Shown here: positions 1 through 10,393 of the stretch, piece by piece
How positions within the stretch are numbered: the first letter of the stretch is position 1
Layout: each line of letters opens with the position of its first letter
Assembly (NCBI GenBank): GCA_964016885.1
Contig: OZ024742.1
Location: 293,756,001 to 293,820,000 of the forward strand
Source: Eledone cirrhosa
Taxonomy: Eukaryota
Direction: 5' to 3'
Length of the DNA: 64,000 bases
The notes under the pieces: generated by a model
What the model saw: the letters and a program-made list of their open reading frames with translations, nothing else
The model's database searches: none
Told to the model about the DNA's origin: nothing
Translations under genes and position numbers: made by a program

Positions 1-716
1 ATCACACACACATCCTCAACCATCAACACCCCACCAAATACACAACCACCACCACCATTACACACAACCACAAATTCTAACAATTCACACACAAAATCAA
101 ATTACACAATTTCTTTTAATACTATAATGACCTAAAAATACTTTTCCTTATCACCCTCACCATCACCACCCTCATTACCATCATCATCGCCATAAGCAAT
201 GCCATCATTATCATCATGTTTATGTATGGATTGGACCATTGCTTGTGTGTGTGGGGGGGGGGGCTATCATCATTGTTACACATGACATTTATGTCATTTG
301 TGTTGACATGACACAAAATAAACCACAAACTAAACACAGGACTCCACAAATTCTATAGTAAATACATTCAATAAATAATTACAAACGCTTCCAAAAATCA
401 ATTTATTTCACAAAGCAACATTTAAAAAAATGCAACCTCCAATTACACAACAGAAACAGCCAACCTGATAAAAACCAGGAACAACTACAAATAATAAACC
501 AACAGAACTCAATTTTAACATGAAACAACTAAAGACATAAAAAATATAAACCATGGTAAAACAGAAAACATTTGTCTATTGAATAAACCCGAAAACAAGC
601 AGGAAGGAAAACATGAGAATAATTAGTAACATTAACAACAACAGCTATAACACACCTCATGTCACAGTTGCTACTTCAATGGCACCCACAATATAACAAC
701 AAACAAACACCCTTGA

Positions 717-931
717 CCCTTTAGCTTTTATATTACTCTATATTTACTATTGTATTTTCATGGTAAAGGCTTTACCTCACATAATTATCTCACATATCAA
801 ATCTACAAGATTTTGGTATCTATTTTGAAAACAATATCTTATCAGTATGAGCAGCCAGTTACAATAGTTTGAACAAAAAGAGGTGAGAGAATTCTGGCCA
901 GATATGACCAGTTTAAATGCATTTTAAAGGG
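717..931. mobile_element. piggyBac-like MITE family A (~215 bp)
   Basis: Degenerate CCCTTTAGC...AAAGGG termini, TTAA on the right, same internal sequence (gagagaattctggc) as nine other copies. Confidence 0.75.
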
Positions 932-1242
932 TTAAAATGCATTTAAAGGGGTTAAAATCCCACAAAAAAAGACAGGAACCCAAAATGCAAAATCACCTAG
1001 ATTATGACCGGCTATTTCTTTCCTTCAATCAGACACCAGAAAAACAGCTTGGGAGCCTGACAAAAACCAGAGCCTTACACTTAAAATACCCAGAGACTGA
1101 TCACAGAACACACCAACATCAACATTACCAAATTCCAACAATCTGGAATTCAAGCAAAAGTGAAGCAGCAATCACACAGAGTCATTATCCTCTTATGCAC
1201 ACCTTCAAACATTTTAGACAAACTCACACTCGATACCATTAA

Positions 1243-1446
1243 CCCTTTAGCATTTACATTACTCTATATATACTATTGTATTTTTGTGGTAAAGGCTTTA
1301 TCTCACATAATATCGAATCTATGAGATTTTGATGTTATTTATTGAGAACAATACCTTAACATAAGTATGAGCAGACAGTTACGACAGTTTGAACAAAACA
1401 AAGGCGAGAGAATTCTGGCTGGATACGGCCGGTTTAAATGCTAAAA
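1243..1446. mobile_element. piggyBac-like MITE family A, right terminus clipped
   Basis: TTAA|CCCTTTAGCATTTACATT...GGTTTAAATGCTAAA; final GGG missing. Confidence 0.75.
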
Positions 1447-1783
1447 CACCCAGAGACTAAAGTATTCACAGGATTCATCAACATTACCAAATTCCTCTTA
1501 TTCACATCTTCAAAGATTTTAAAGAAACTCACGTTCGATACCATTAACCCACACATTACCCTCTCCAAATGACAATGCAAATTTAGACTACTATACTATT
1601 CACATTGAGAATACTTGATAACTTGAACAACTGAAAACCTCTACACACACTTCTCTAACAACCTTCAATATCATAACACCTGTCATAACTCAATATCATA
1701 ACTCCATCTCTTGATAGCCACTTATACACAAAATACTCAAAACCTCTTTAAAAACAAATACAAAATACAGCATTACAAATTAC

Positions 1784-1884
1784 CTGTCAGATTGCCAAAT
1801 GTACAGCGTGTAGAGAAACACACACACACAGTCAGAATTTGTGATTTGCCTTCATAAACTACCACCCATCCCTTTTATATTATA
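1784..1884 (-). promoter_or_regulatory. Candidate TATA-box promoter plus short non-coding first exon ending at a CAG|GTAATT splice donor
   Basis: Minus strand reads TATAATATAAAAGGG (1884-1870), then ~85 nt of non-TE sequence ending ...GGCAATCTGACAG|GTAATT (exon end 1784, GT at 1783-1782). Motif spacing only; no transcript evidence. Confidence 0.35.
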
Positions 1885-2834
1885 CCTACATGATGACATT
1901 CTCATACCTATTCAAAACAAACATACATCCTTATAAGCAGATAACATCATTGCACTGACATCCCCTTGCACCATTCTCCAGATACAGCTGCATAACCACT
2001 CCAACATTACTGAAATCACATAGTAACCTTGTTTCAATGAAACAGACTTACATTAAGTTAGCAGCTCTTAAATTTATTATCTTCCTTACCAGCAACACCA
2101 GAGAACGTCAGGCTCAACAACTTAGACACACACGCGCATGCACACTTATGTACACACACACACACACACACACGTATGCACACATACACATACGCAAAGG
2201 CGCATATACACACTTGCATGCACACACGTATGAACATACATATGAACACACATATGAAGGGCACTTGCATACACACATGCATGCATACACACACAGAGAA
2301 GACAAAAATACTAAGAATTACATACAGCACCAATAAGTACATAAAAATGCTCAATTTGGCAGCCAAATCTTTAAACTTCCATACACTTTGCCACTTTAAA
2401 AAAGGAAAAAAAGACACCTTGAATAAAATAGTCTAAGATACACTGAACAAAGAAAAAATATTTGCAAGTGGAAAACCTTTTATTTATCTACGTGGCCATC
2501 ACACACACATGTACACATATACTCAAACGCATGCACATACAACCACATACTTGCACGCACACACTCACACACCATTATTACTATAATTCATTATGAGTTA
2601 TTTACTTTGATGCAAACATAACCAAGGTCATCCCTGTGTAAACATTTATGTGTGAAAGAGTAAGAATGTTATTATGTACATAGGAAATAGTTTTAACTCT
2701 TAACCTGCTGTAAAGATTTTGTAGAAATATATAAAGAAACTGTTTTATTAATTCAAATGTTTTAGTATCTTTACTAGTGGATTAATGTGATGTAATCATA
2801 GTGGGTTTTTGTACTTTTCAAGAATGTCAAAGGT

Positions 2835-3205
2835 CCCTCCGAAGGGTCTTTGGAGTAACATTACTCGATAAAGTGCATAGCTCAAAGATCAGAGAGTCAC
2901 TCTAAATAGAGCCATTACTTCTCCAAATTGAGAGATCACAGCTCAGATACTATGGGCATGTGGCTAGAATGTCTCAGGAAAGAGTCACTGGACAGATTTT
3001 ATGGGCAAAATGAACTGGCAGGAGATCCAGTGGTAGATCCCAAGCAAGATGGTTAGATAACATCCATGAGCTTGTTTAGTCTTGCTTGGAGATCCAGCCG
3101 AACAAGTTGAAGACAGTTGCTTCTGACATGACCCGTTGGAAGGAGTGTCTGCGGATGCTGCCCCCAAGACACTCGCAAGAATATGTGGACAAAGAAGAAG
3201 AAGAA
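2835..3205 (+). mobile_element. RTE-clade LINE 3' fragment (family 2, GAA tail)
   Basis: Degenerate LRRVFGVTLLD...IERSQLRYYGHVARM...W.DNI translation and (GAA)n tail; similar to 15748-16129 and 18828-19086. Confidence 0.8.
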
Positions 3206-3255
3206 TGTCTAGCTAATGTGGTTTCATGTGGTACAGGAGGTTAAGTATTAATTAA

Positions 3256-4296
3256 CCCCTTTGTTACAATGTTTCTAATGATTATAGTTTTTCAGATTAT
3301 TTTCGAAATAATCAAGAATTTTGCTCTGTATTTATTAATATAATTTATGCTATATTTATGCTATAATTTGCGCTATATTTATTAATATAATTTATGGCGT
3401 TGATAAAATAAAGCACCAGTTTATCACTGGGGTCGATTTAATCGACTTTCCCCTCCCCTTCAAATTGCTGGCCTTGTGCCTAAAGTAGAAACAATTATTA
3501 AGCTTGCATTTAAAACAAAACTTAACACAAGCTCTTATATAATATTATGATGAAAGGTTTTTAAATAAATATAAATACTTTAACCCCTTTGCTACAATAC
3601 TTCTAATAAAAAAAACATTGATTATGATTTTCCAATCATTTTGAAAATAATCCAGAATTTGAAGGGATTTACTAATATAACTTTCTCATTAAGCTGATGT
3701 TTGGAAATGAAAGATTCTTAAATAATATTATGATGAAAGGTTTTTAGATAAATGTAAACACTTTAAAATAAACAGTTTAGTAGTGTTTTCAGACAGTTTG
3801 GTACTAAAACGGTTAATTTAATAAGAGTTGGTGTTGCTTTCTGCAATGTATGCCTTGAAGTGATTTGTTGGGAATAGGAATCATTACACATTCACTGGAT
3901 TTTAAGATAACCCAGAACATTTTCATGGCCATGTTTTTCTTATGAAAGACAGCCTATGATTTTCAAATCATTTTGAAAATAATCAAGAATTTGTAACAAT
4001 TTAGTAATATAATTAACTTTATCATTATTAAGCTTGTGTTTAAAGCATAAATTAACAAAGGTTCTTACATCAAATTATGATGTAATTTAGATAAATATAA
4101 ACACTTTAAAGCAAATAGTTTTGTAAACTAGAAAGACGGACAGTTTCAGGCAGGATGATACAAAAAGGTCTAAGCTGTTGTTTGAAACATAACAAAGGTT
4201 CTTACAAAAAATTATGTTGGAAGGTTTTTAGATAAACATAAACACTATAAAAATAAACAGCTTTGTTTCATAGAATCAGGACCGGTTTCAAAAGGG
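3256..4296 (+). mobile_element. Cluster of nested/tandem piggyBac-like MITE family B copies with a SINE 3' fragment (~3400-3500)
   Basis: Repeated TTAACCCCTTTG...TTTTGAAAATAATCAAGAATTTG...AAGGTTTTTAGATAAA...AAAAGGGTTAA modules. Confidence 0.65.
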
Positions 4297-5134
4297 TTAA
4301 ACAATTATGTCACTATCATCATCATTATTATCATCTTATGTCTGTTTTCGACACTGGTATGGATTGGAAGGGTTGTCATTATCTCAGACCAGATGGACTG
4401 GAGTGACTTTATCTGGCTCATATATTCCATACTTGGTATATTTTTCTATGGCCGAGTGGCCTTCCTAACAGTAAAGGTTATGTTTATGCTGTTGAGAAAG
4501 CAAATTACAAACAACACAAAATCTGACAACAGGAGATGGTCTATCTTTCTTCAATAAGAGTAAATCCTACGAACTAGGTTTACAAAACTGGAAACACAGA
4601 AGAAAAGTAAGTGGGGTGGGTGGGAGTGAGATGCTGCAAAGTAAGTTGACCTCTACAGGATTTGAAAACAAAGTACAGAGAGAAAACAGAAACTGAATTT
4701 TATAGAAATAATTATTTTCAACACAATAATAATAAAGAAATACATTCTGGAGATGTAGAGAGATTTGGTGTTCAAAATTCCATAATTAGAATAAAAGATT
4801 TACGCAAACATTCTAAAATTTTTCCATGCATTCAAAAATATTTTTTCTTCTTATATTTTTATTGCTTTGACCAAACTTTAATGGAATTTTCCAATATCTA
4901 TTTCTTCAAGAATTAAAAGAACTATCAGAAGAATTACATTGATTCTATATGATGCCAACAGGCAAATTTCTCTAAATTCTACACATGTCTGAAGAAAATG
5001 AAATAATAAAAAAGGTTTATAATATCTAAATAAACCAAGACTTTACAGGTAATTGGATCCTAGCTTTGGTAATTAAACATTTAATTTATTATATTTAAAA
5101 CTGAGACAGAAAATTTAAATAAATATAAATAGTG

Positions 5135-5250
5135 CAGTGGTTAAGTTCACTTTGCAACCATGTGGCTTTGCATTCAACCACACTACGTGACATATTGGGC
5201 AAGTTTCTTCTATAAGAAAGAGTCTTGGATTGACTAATGTCTTGTAAGTC
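5135..5250 (+). mobile_element. tRNA-derived SINE family 3 (octopus-type), degenerate
   Basis: gtggttaag...caaccatgtgg...ttgggcaagt...cttgtaagt pattern recurring at ~15505, 25570, 26190, 27280, 50505 and on the minus strand at ~30170, 33030, 35270. Confidence 0.55.
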
Positions 5251-5269
5251 AATTAGTCAATTTAGTCAC

Positions 5270-5482
5270 TTCGGCTACAAACCCCAGTACCACAGCCCGC
5301 CTTTGTCCGGCTGCTTCGCACCGGTTGCCATCAAAACCTTAGGCATACTTGGATCCTGTACAGTTGAGCTCCTCCACAAAATCGGAACATAGGCGGCCTG
5401 TCTGAGGAAGGAGCTCCTCGAGGTGGGGTGGCTGTTGCAGCAGGTGTCACTGGCCATTGTCCGCAGGAATGCTTTTGCATTT
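5270..5482 (+). pseudogene. C-terminal fragment of a CRE-clade (restriction-like endonuclease) non-LTR retrotransposon ORF
   Basis: Plus-strand translation FAPVAIKTLGILGSCTVELLHKIGT*AACLRKELLEVGWLLQQVSLAIVRRNAFAF resembles the F.P.A.ET.G...QR.S.A..RGNA C-terminus of CRE-like elements. GC-rich island with an in-frame stop. Confidence 0.65.
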
Positions 5483-5554
5483 TTTTTTAAACCATAATTA
5501 GTCATTTAGTTTACATATTGAGACCCCAACCCATCCTATTTATTTTATAACACA

Positions 5555-6663
5555 CTAGCAGTAAAGCCCGGCGTTGCTCGGGGTCGCTCAGTAGCTGTGT
5601 TAAAGTTACAATGTTAAGTTTCTTTATTGGCTTAAAAACTGTAGTGTCTACTGTGCAGACTTGCATGTGGTGTTTTTGATTAATATTCCCTCAACCAACA
5701 ATATGCCTTATGAAGTTAAGAAAACATAACGATAACCCCAATGTTATAACAAAAGAGGATGCTGGGGATAAAAACTGCACTGGTTATTTATTAACAAAGA
5801 TCGAAAATGTAAACACTGCAACGCAGAGAAAAACATTAGCGTAACCAAATTATCAGTTATGTCTGTCTGCACGCCTATATCACCTCTCTGCACGACTGTC
5901 TGTCTGCACGCCTATATCACCTCTCTGCACGACTGTCTGTCTGCACGCCTATATCACCTCTCTGCACGACTGTCTGTCTGCACGCCTATATCACCTCTCT
6001 GCACGACTGTGTCTGCACGCCTATATCACCTCTCTGCACGACTGTCTGTCTGCACGCCTATATCACCTCTCTGCACGACTGTCTGTCTGCAGGCGTATAT
6101 CACCTCTCTGCACGACTGTCTGTCTGCACGACTGTCTGTCTGCACGCCTAACGAAATTTACAGATACATATATTTTAAATAAACTTATATAATTTTTGCT
6201 TTTTTTTACGAAATATTTGCTTGTTTTACGTAGTCTTTAAATAGACTTGTTTTCAAGTAAAAATATTGTTTTAAAATGCTTTTAAATGGAAATGAAGCAA
6301 AACGGAAGCTTAGTGTTCGAACTGATGAATTTTGCAGGTCAATATTTTGCTGGCTCGACAACTGTTCGTGTATTGTGTTAATGTCATTTTAAACGCTGAG
6401 AAAGCCAGCGTAATTTTTTACGTAAGACGCTCAATGTAAACAGAACAAAGGGAAATAACTGATAACTTACGCTCAAAAATCGATACATTATATTCGATTT
6501 CGTCACATAGGGTGGGTCAATTTGAAATTTTTTTTTTCCGATGTCTTCGCTAGGGCTCAATGTACAAGTATAGCAATTTCGGTGCAATTCCGTGAGAGAT
6601 TCTAAGAGGAGATGTGTGCCAAAAATCGATAGACAGACAGACAACCACAGTTTTATGATGAGA
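5555..6663 (-). mobile_element. Non-autonomous Helitron
   Basis: Minus strand begins A|TC (TC at 6663-6662), with (TGTC)n near the 5' end, and ends with a CCCGAGCAACGCCGGG hairpin followed by CTAG|T (5555). Inserted in an AT dinucleotide with no TSD. Confidence 0.75.
5860..6150. repeat. 37-bp minisatellite, ~7.5 units, inside the Helitron
   Basis: Unit TGTCTGTCTGCACGCCTATATCACCTCTCTGCACGAC starts at 5860, 5897, 5934, 5971...; head-to-tail with no spacers. Confidence 0.95.
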
Positions 6664-6740
6664 TTTCTAGTAATGTTCTTTTTTTGTCAAGTGTAATGTT
6701 TTTTAATGTATAAAGGAAATAAATTGTCACAGGAGTGCTA

Positions 6741-6838
6741 CAACTCAAAATTTCACCAGAGAGAGATTAGCAAAATTTAATAAGCGAGGGGTTTGGAATA
6801 AGAGTGAGGGAGGGGCGTTTATAAGAGACACGAGAGTA
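6741..6838 (-). mobile_element. Terminal fragment of an unclassified DNA transposon/MITE
   Basis: Reverse complement TACTCTCGTG...CCCCTCGCTTATTAAATTTTGCTAATCT...GTGAAATTTT matches 23312-23418 on the plus strand. Confidence 0.45.
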
Positions 6839-7258
6839 CCTTATCTTAACAAAAGATTTTATATCATATAGGGTATCCAGCTATAGAATAATGCTTCAAA
6901 AAAGTTTTCATCTAACCCATACCAGCATGGAAAAGTAAATATCATGGTGGTGGTAATGGTAGTTAGTAATGATGTTGTTGATTATTTCAGTCTGATGTTA
7001 ACATGAAAAAAAAAAACAATGTGTAAAACAAAACATCTTTATGATAACACCGTGTAACATATTTTTTGTTCCCCGGTTCTAAGTGTCATTTCCTGGTTTG
7101 TTAAATCCCATTATTATTAAAAAAAACACTATTATTTAATCAGAAGTTTGGGTTTGTGGTCAGGAGTTTGATATTTCGAAATTTTCATATTTTTCAAGAA
7201 AAAACACATTTTAAAAAAATTTATCAGTTCATATAATTAAATCAACAGAGTAGTATAT

Positions 7259-8634
7259 CATCATCATCACCGTTTTACGTCCGTTCTTCCACGCTAGCAT
7301 GGGTTAGACGGGTTGTCCTGTTGTGGGCAGTGTCTGGTCGGCTGACCATGTCTTGCTCATACAGGAACTGATTTTGGTTCGATTTCTACAGCTGGATGCC
7401 CTTCCTAACACCAACCTCATTTACAATGAGTGATGGGTGCTTTTTTTCCGTGGCGTCTACACGTCCACTTTACAGTGTGGGCTGGGTGCTTTTTTGCCGT
7501 GGCACCTCCACGACCACTTTGCAGTGTGAGGGTGTGGGGACATATTGTCTATATGCTTCAGCTTCGGCTTGTACCCATGGGAGGTCAGGTATTCTGTATT
7601 ACTGCGTGACGCCAGAGGTCACTGTCATGTGTCATCGCCTTTGAGAGGTGTAATTGGGCAAGGTCGGCTTTTATCAACTCATCCCAGGTCTTCTTGGGTC
7701 TCCCCACTCCGCGGTTTCCATTGACTTCTAGTGCTCTGCACCTTTTTATGCAGCTGTCATCCTTCATACGCATCACATGTCCATACCAACGCAACTGCCT
7801 CTCCTGCACACAGCATTTGATTCCTCTTATGCTCAGTCTCTCTCTCAATTCATTTATGCTTTGCCATCCATCGGAGCATGCAGGCTTCGTTTCTTTCTAA
7901 TCTACGTAAGTCTTCCACCTTCAGCGCCCAGGTCTCACTACCATGTAACATTGCTGTTCGTATACATGCATCATACAGTCTGCCTTTCATTTTGAGGGAA
8001 AAGCCTTTTGCAGCTAGCAGTGGCAGTAGCTCCCTGAACTTCTTCCATCCCATTCTTACCCTAGTTATTGTACTTTCTGAACACCCACCTCCGCTGCTAA
8101 TTCGGTCACCTAGGTAGCAGAAACTGTCTACTGTTTCTACAGAGCCCTCCCAGAGATTGGTGGTACTTGTTTCCTGTGGCTGTTTGCTGTCCCAGCACAG
8201 CTGCTACATGTGAAGCCTACATTCTTAATTAAGCTTCCTGAGATCCCGCTACATCTCTTGTGTACCCATTGTTTGCATTTGGAGCAGAGAATGGAGTTCC
8301 TACCTACACCTTTCCTACATACTGAGCAAGGCCATTTCCCTGAGGGGATCTGGGTTCTGTTTTCTCGTCTACTTACAAGGACCTTAGTCTTTGTCATGTT
8401 GACTTTGAGACCCTTTCTTTCTAGTCCCTGCTTCCAAGTTTGGAATTTCTTCTCTAGTTCTACCATAGATTCAGCTATAAGTGCGAGGTCATCTGCATAC
8501 AGAAGTTCCCATGGGCATCCGGTCTTAAACTCCTCCGTTATTGCCTGCAGGACTATGATGAACAGGAGAGGGCTAAGAACAGAGCCCTAGTGGACACCGA
8601 CCTGTACGCTAAATTCCTCACTATACTCATTGCT
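7259..8634 (-). mobile_element. 5'-truncated RTE-clade LINE (family 1) with RT C-terminal half, PHD-like finger, 3' UTR and (GAT)n tail
   Basis: Minus strand: GVH*GS (QG motif hit by a stop, ~8590), YADDLA (~8482-8499), GLKVNMTKTK, CSVC...CSKCKQWVHKRC...CSSC, MLHGSETW, RQLRWYGHVMRM, RGVGRPKKTW; tail appears as catcatcatc at 7259. Confidence 0.9.
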
Positions 8635-8705
8635 AATTTATTTTATTACACAAGCTTATCAAAACAAGTAAAAACAAATAACACTTATAAAGCAACTTAT
8701 ACACG

Positions 8706-9778
8706 TCAGAAATGACTGGATTTCCTGGATTTGCGATTGTAGTCCGGGTCGCATTCCCGCACTAGCCCCCAGATATAGTCCCCCATTATTCTTTCATTGT
8801 AGTGTCCCTGGTACCTAAGCTCTATCTCTTTCACATCTTGGTGGAATCGTTCGCCTTGTTCTTCTGAGTAGGCACCCATATTGTCCTTGGATTTTTCCAG
8901 GTGAGCGTCCAGCATATGGAGTTTAAGCGACATCCTGCATCCCATGGCGCCAAGAGCCTTTATCAGATCCTGCACCAGTTGCTGGTAGTTTTCAGCTCTG
9001 TAGTTGCCCAGGAAGCCCTTAACAACTGCCTTGAAACAGTTCCATGCTATTCTCTCAATCCTATTGAGCTTATTGGAGAACTCGGTAGACTCAAACACCT
9101 TTATCCGAGGTTCAACAAAAATTTCACCTTTGACTTTGGCCTCAGATAACTTGGGAAAGAACTCAAGAAGGTACTTAAAAGTGGCTGATTCTTGGTTGAG
9201 AGCCTTCACAAACTGCTTCATCAACCCCAACTTAATGTGCAGTGGTGGAATGAGCACAATCCTGGGATTAACCAGTGGCTCCCACATGACATTCCGGGTC
9301 CCAACTACAAACTCTGTTTGCTGTTCCCAGTTCTTTCTTTTGTAGTGGTCAGAGGTGGCTCTACTGTCCCAAAGACAGAGGAAGCATTGAAATTTGATAA
9401 AGCCTCCTTGGAGTCCAAGCAGAAAAGCCACCATCTTGAAGTCTCCAATGATTTCCCAATTGTACTGGTTGTATTGCAGAGCTTCCAAGAGGACTTTCAC
9501 ACTGTAGTGCAGACTGAATGAGCTAGGGGCAGTGTCGGGAACTTGTTTCCATTGTGGAGGAGGACAGCCTTCAAACTTGTGGTGGAGCTGTCTATAAATA
9601 GCCGCCACTCCTTGGGCACAAACGGCACCCCAATAACGTCAAACAGTCCAGGCACATCATGGCAGAAGCAGAGGCCATCCCTAAGAGTGTAAAAGCCTGA
9701 GAAAGGTTTGTGTCGATTTCTCTGACTTGTCACCTGCACTTCTTCCTTGACCAAGTTCCACTGCTTCATCCTGGAGAC
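8706..9778 (-). pseudogene. Chapaev3-like transposase, frameshifted and lacking its N-terminus
   Basis: ORFs 9497-9769 and 8706-9608 join across a frameshift at ~9510. Motifs: EWRLFIDSS..SLKAVLLHNGN, GDFKMV, CFLCLWDSRA...HY, PPLHIKLGLMKQFVKAL, SLKLHMLDAH, SEEQGERFHQD, MGDYIWGL. Confidence 0.85.
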
Positions 9779-10204
9779 GAATGCTTAAAACACAACTTAC
9801 CCTTTATTCAGGGTGCGAAAATCCAGTATCAATAAATCTCTTTAATCCACTTTTTAACAATTTTATACTTTATTGCACTTTTATAATTTTCTTTATTTTA
9901 TAATTTAACCTGAAACATATATAAAAAAAATAATTTAACATAAGCAAATTAAACTTACATACAACGTAAAATCCAGCATACAAATAATTCTAGTGAATAG
10001 CTTAGAATTTTTACAAACCCAAACTTTTAACTGTTTAATAGCACTTTTTTATTTATTTGGGACCTAAGCAACACAAAAGAAGTGATTACAAGCCAGGAAC
10101 AGAGAAAAAATATTTTTTTGTTACACGGTGTAATGTAATTAAACTGGAACCAAAGACAGACGCTGGTTTGGTACCAAAAGAGTTAATAGAGAGGTGGGAA
10201 AGAG

Positions 10205-10393
10205 AGGGCTTGGTATCAGTATTGGTAGAGGGTTGGATGCCATGCTTTGACGCATAGAGTTACGGCCCTTGCCATTCTGAGTTCAAATCCCGCCGAGGTT
10301 AACTTTGCCTTTCATCCTTACGGGGTCGATAAAATAAAGTACCAATAATACACTGGGTAATTGCTGGCCTTGTGCCAAAAGTAGAAACAATTA
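10205..10393 (+). mobile_element. tRNA-derived SINE family 1
   Basis: B box GAGTTCAAATCC followed by GCCGAGGTTAACTTTGCCTTTCATCCTTACGGGGTCGATAAAATAAAGTACCA and an AGAAACAATTATT tail. Confidence 0.85.

Larger units (their letters stand above)
7048..10130 (-). mobile_element. Chapaev3-type (CMC superfamily) DNA transposon, internally deleted, with a nested RTE LINE
   Basis: Perfect 12-bp TIRs CACCGTGTAACA (7048-7059) and TGTTACACGGTG (10119-10130); 3-bp TAA duplication (7045-7047, 10131-10133); transposase remnant inside. CAC termini and 3-bp TWA TSDs are characteristic of Chapaev3. Confidence 0.85.

Noticed and set aside
2037-2436. Overlapping His/Thr and Cys/Val ORFs (also 15252-15591, 35399-35920, 56224-56674)
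   Set aside because: CA/TG microsatellite-derived low-complexity translations.
5860-6150. 37-bp repeats resembling a CRISPR array
   Set aside because: Units are head-to-tail with no unique spacers, there are no cas genes, and the array lies inside a Helitron in eukaryotic DNA.
8706-9608. 300-aa ORF as an intact host gene or domesticated RAG-like recombinase
   Set aside because: Its N-terminal ~35 aa are out-of-frame sequence, the true frame is broken at ~9510, the N-terminal domain is missing, and it sits between TIRs with a TSD.
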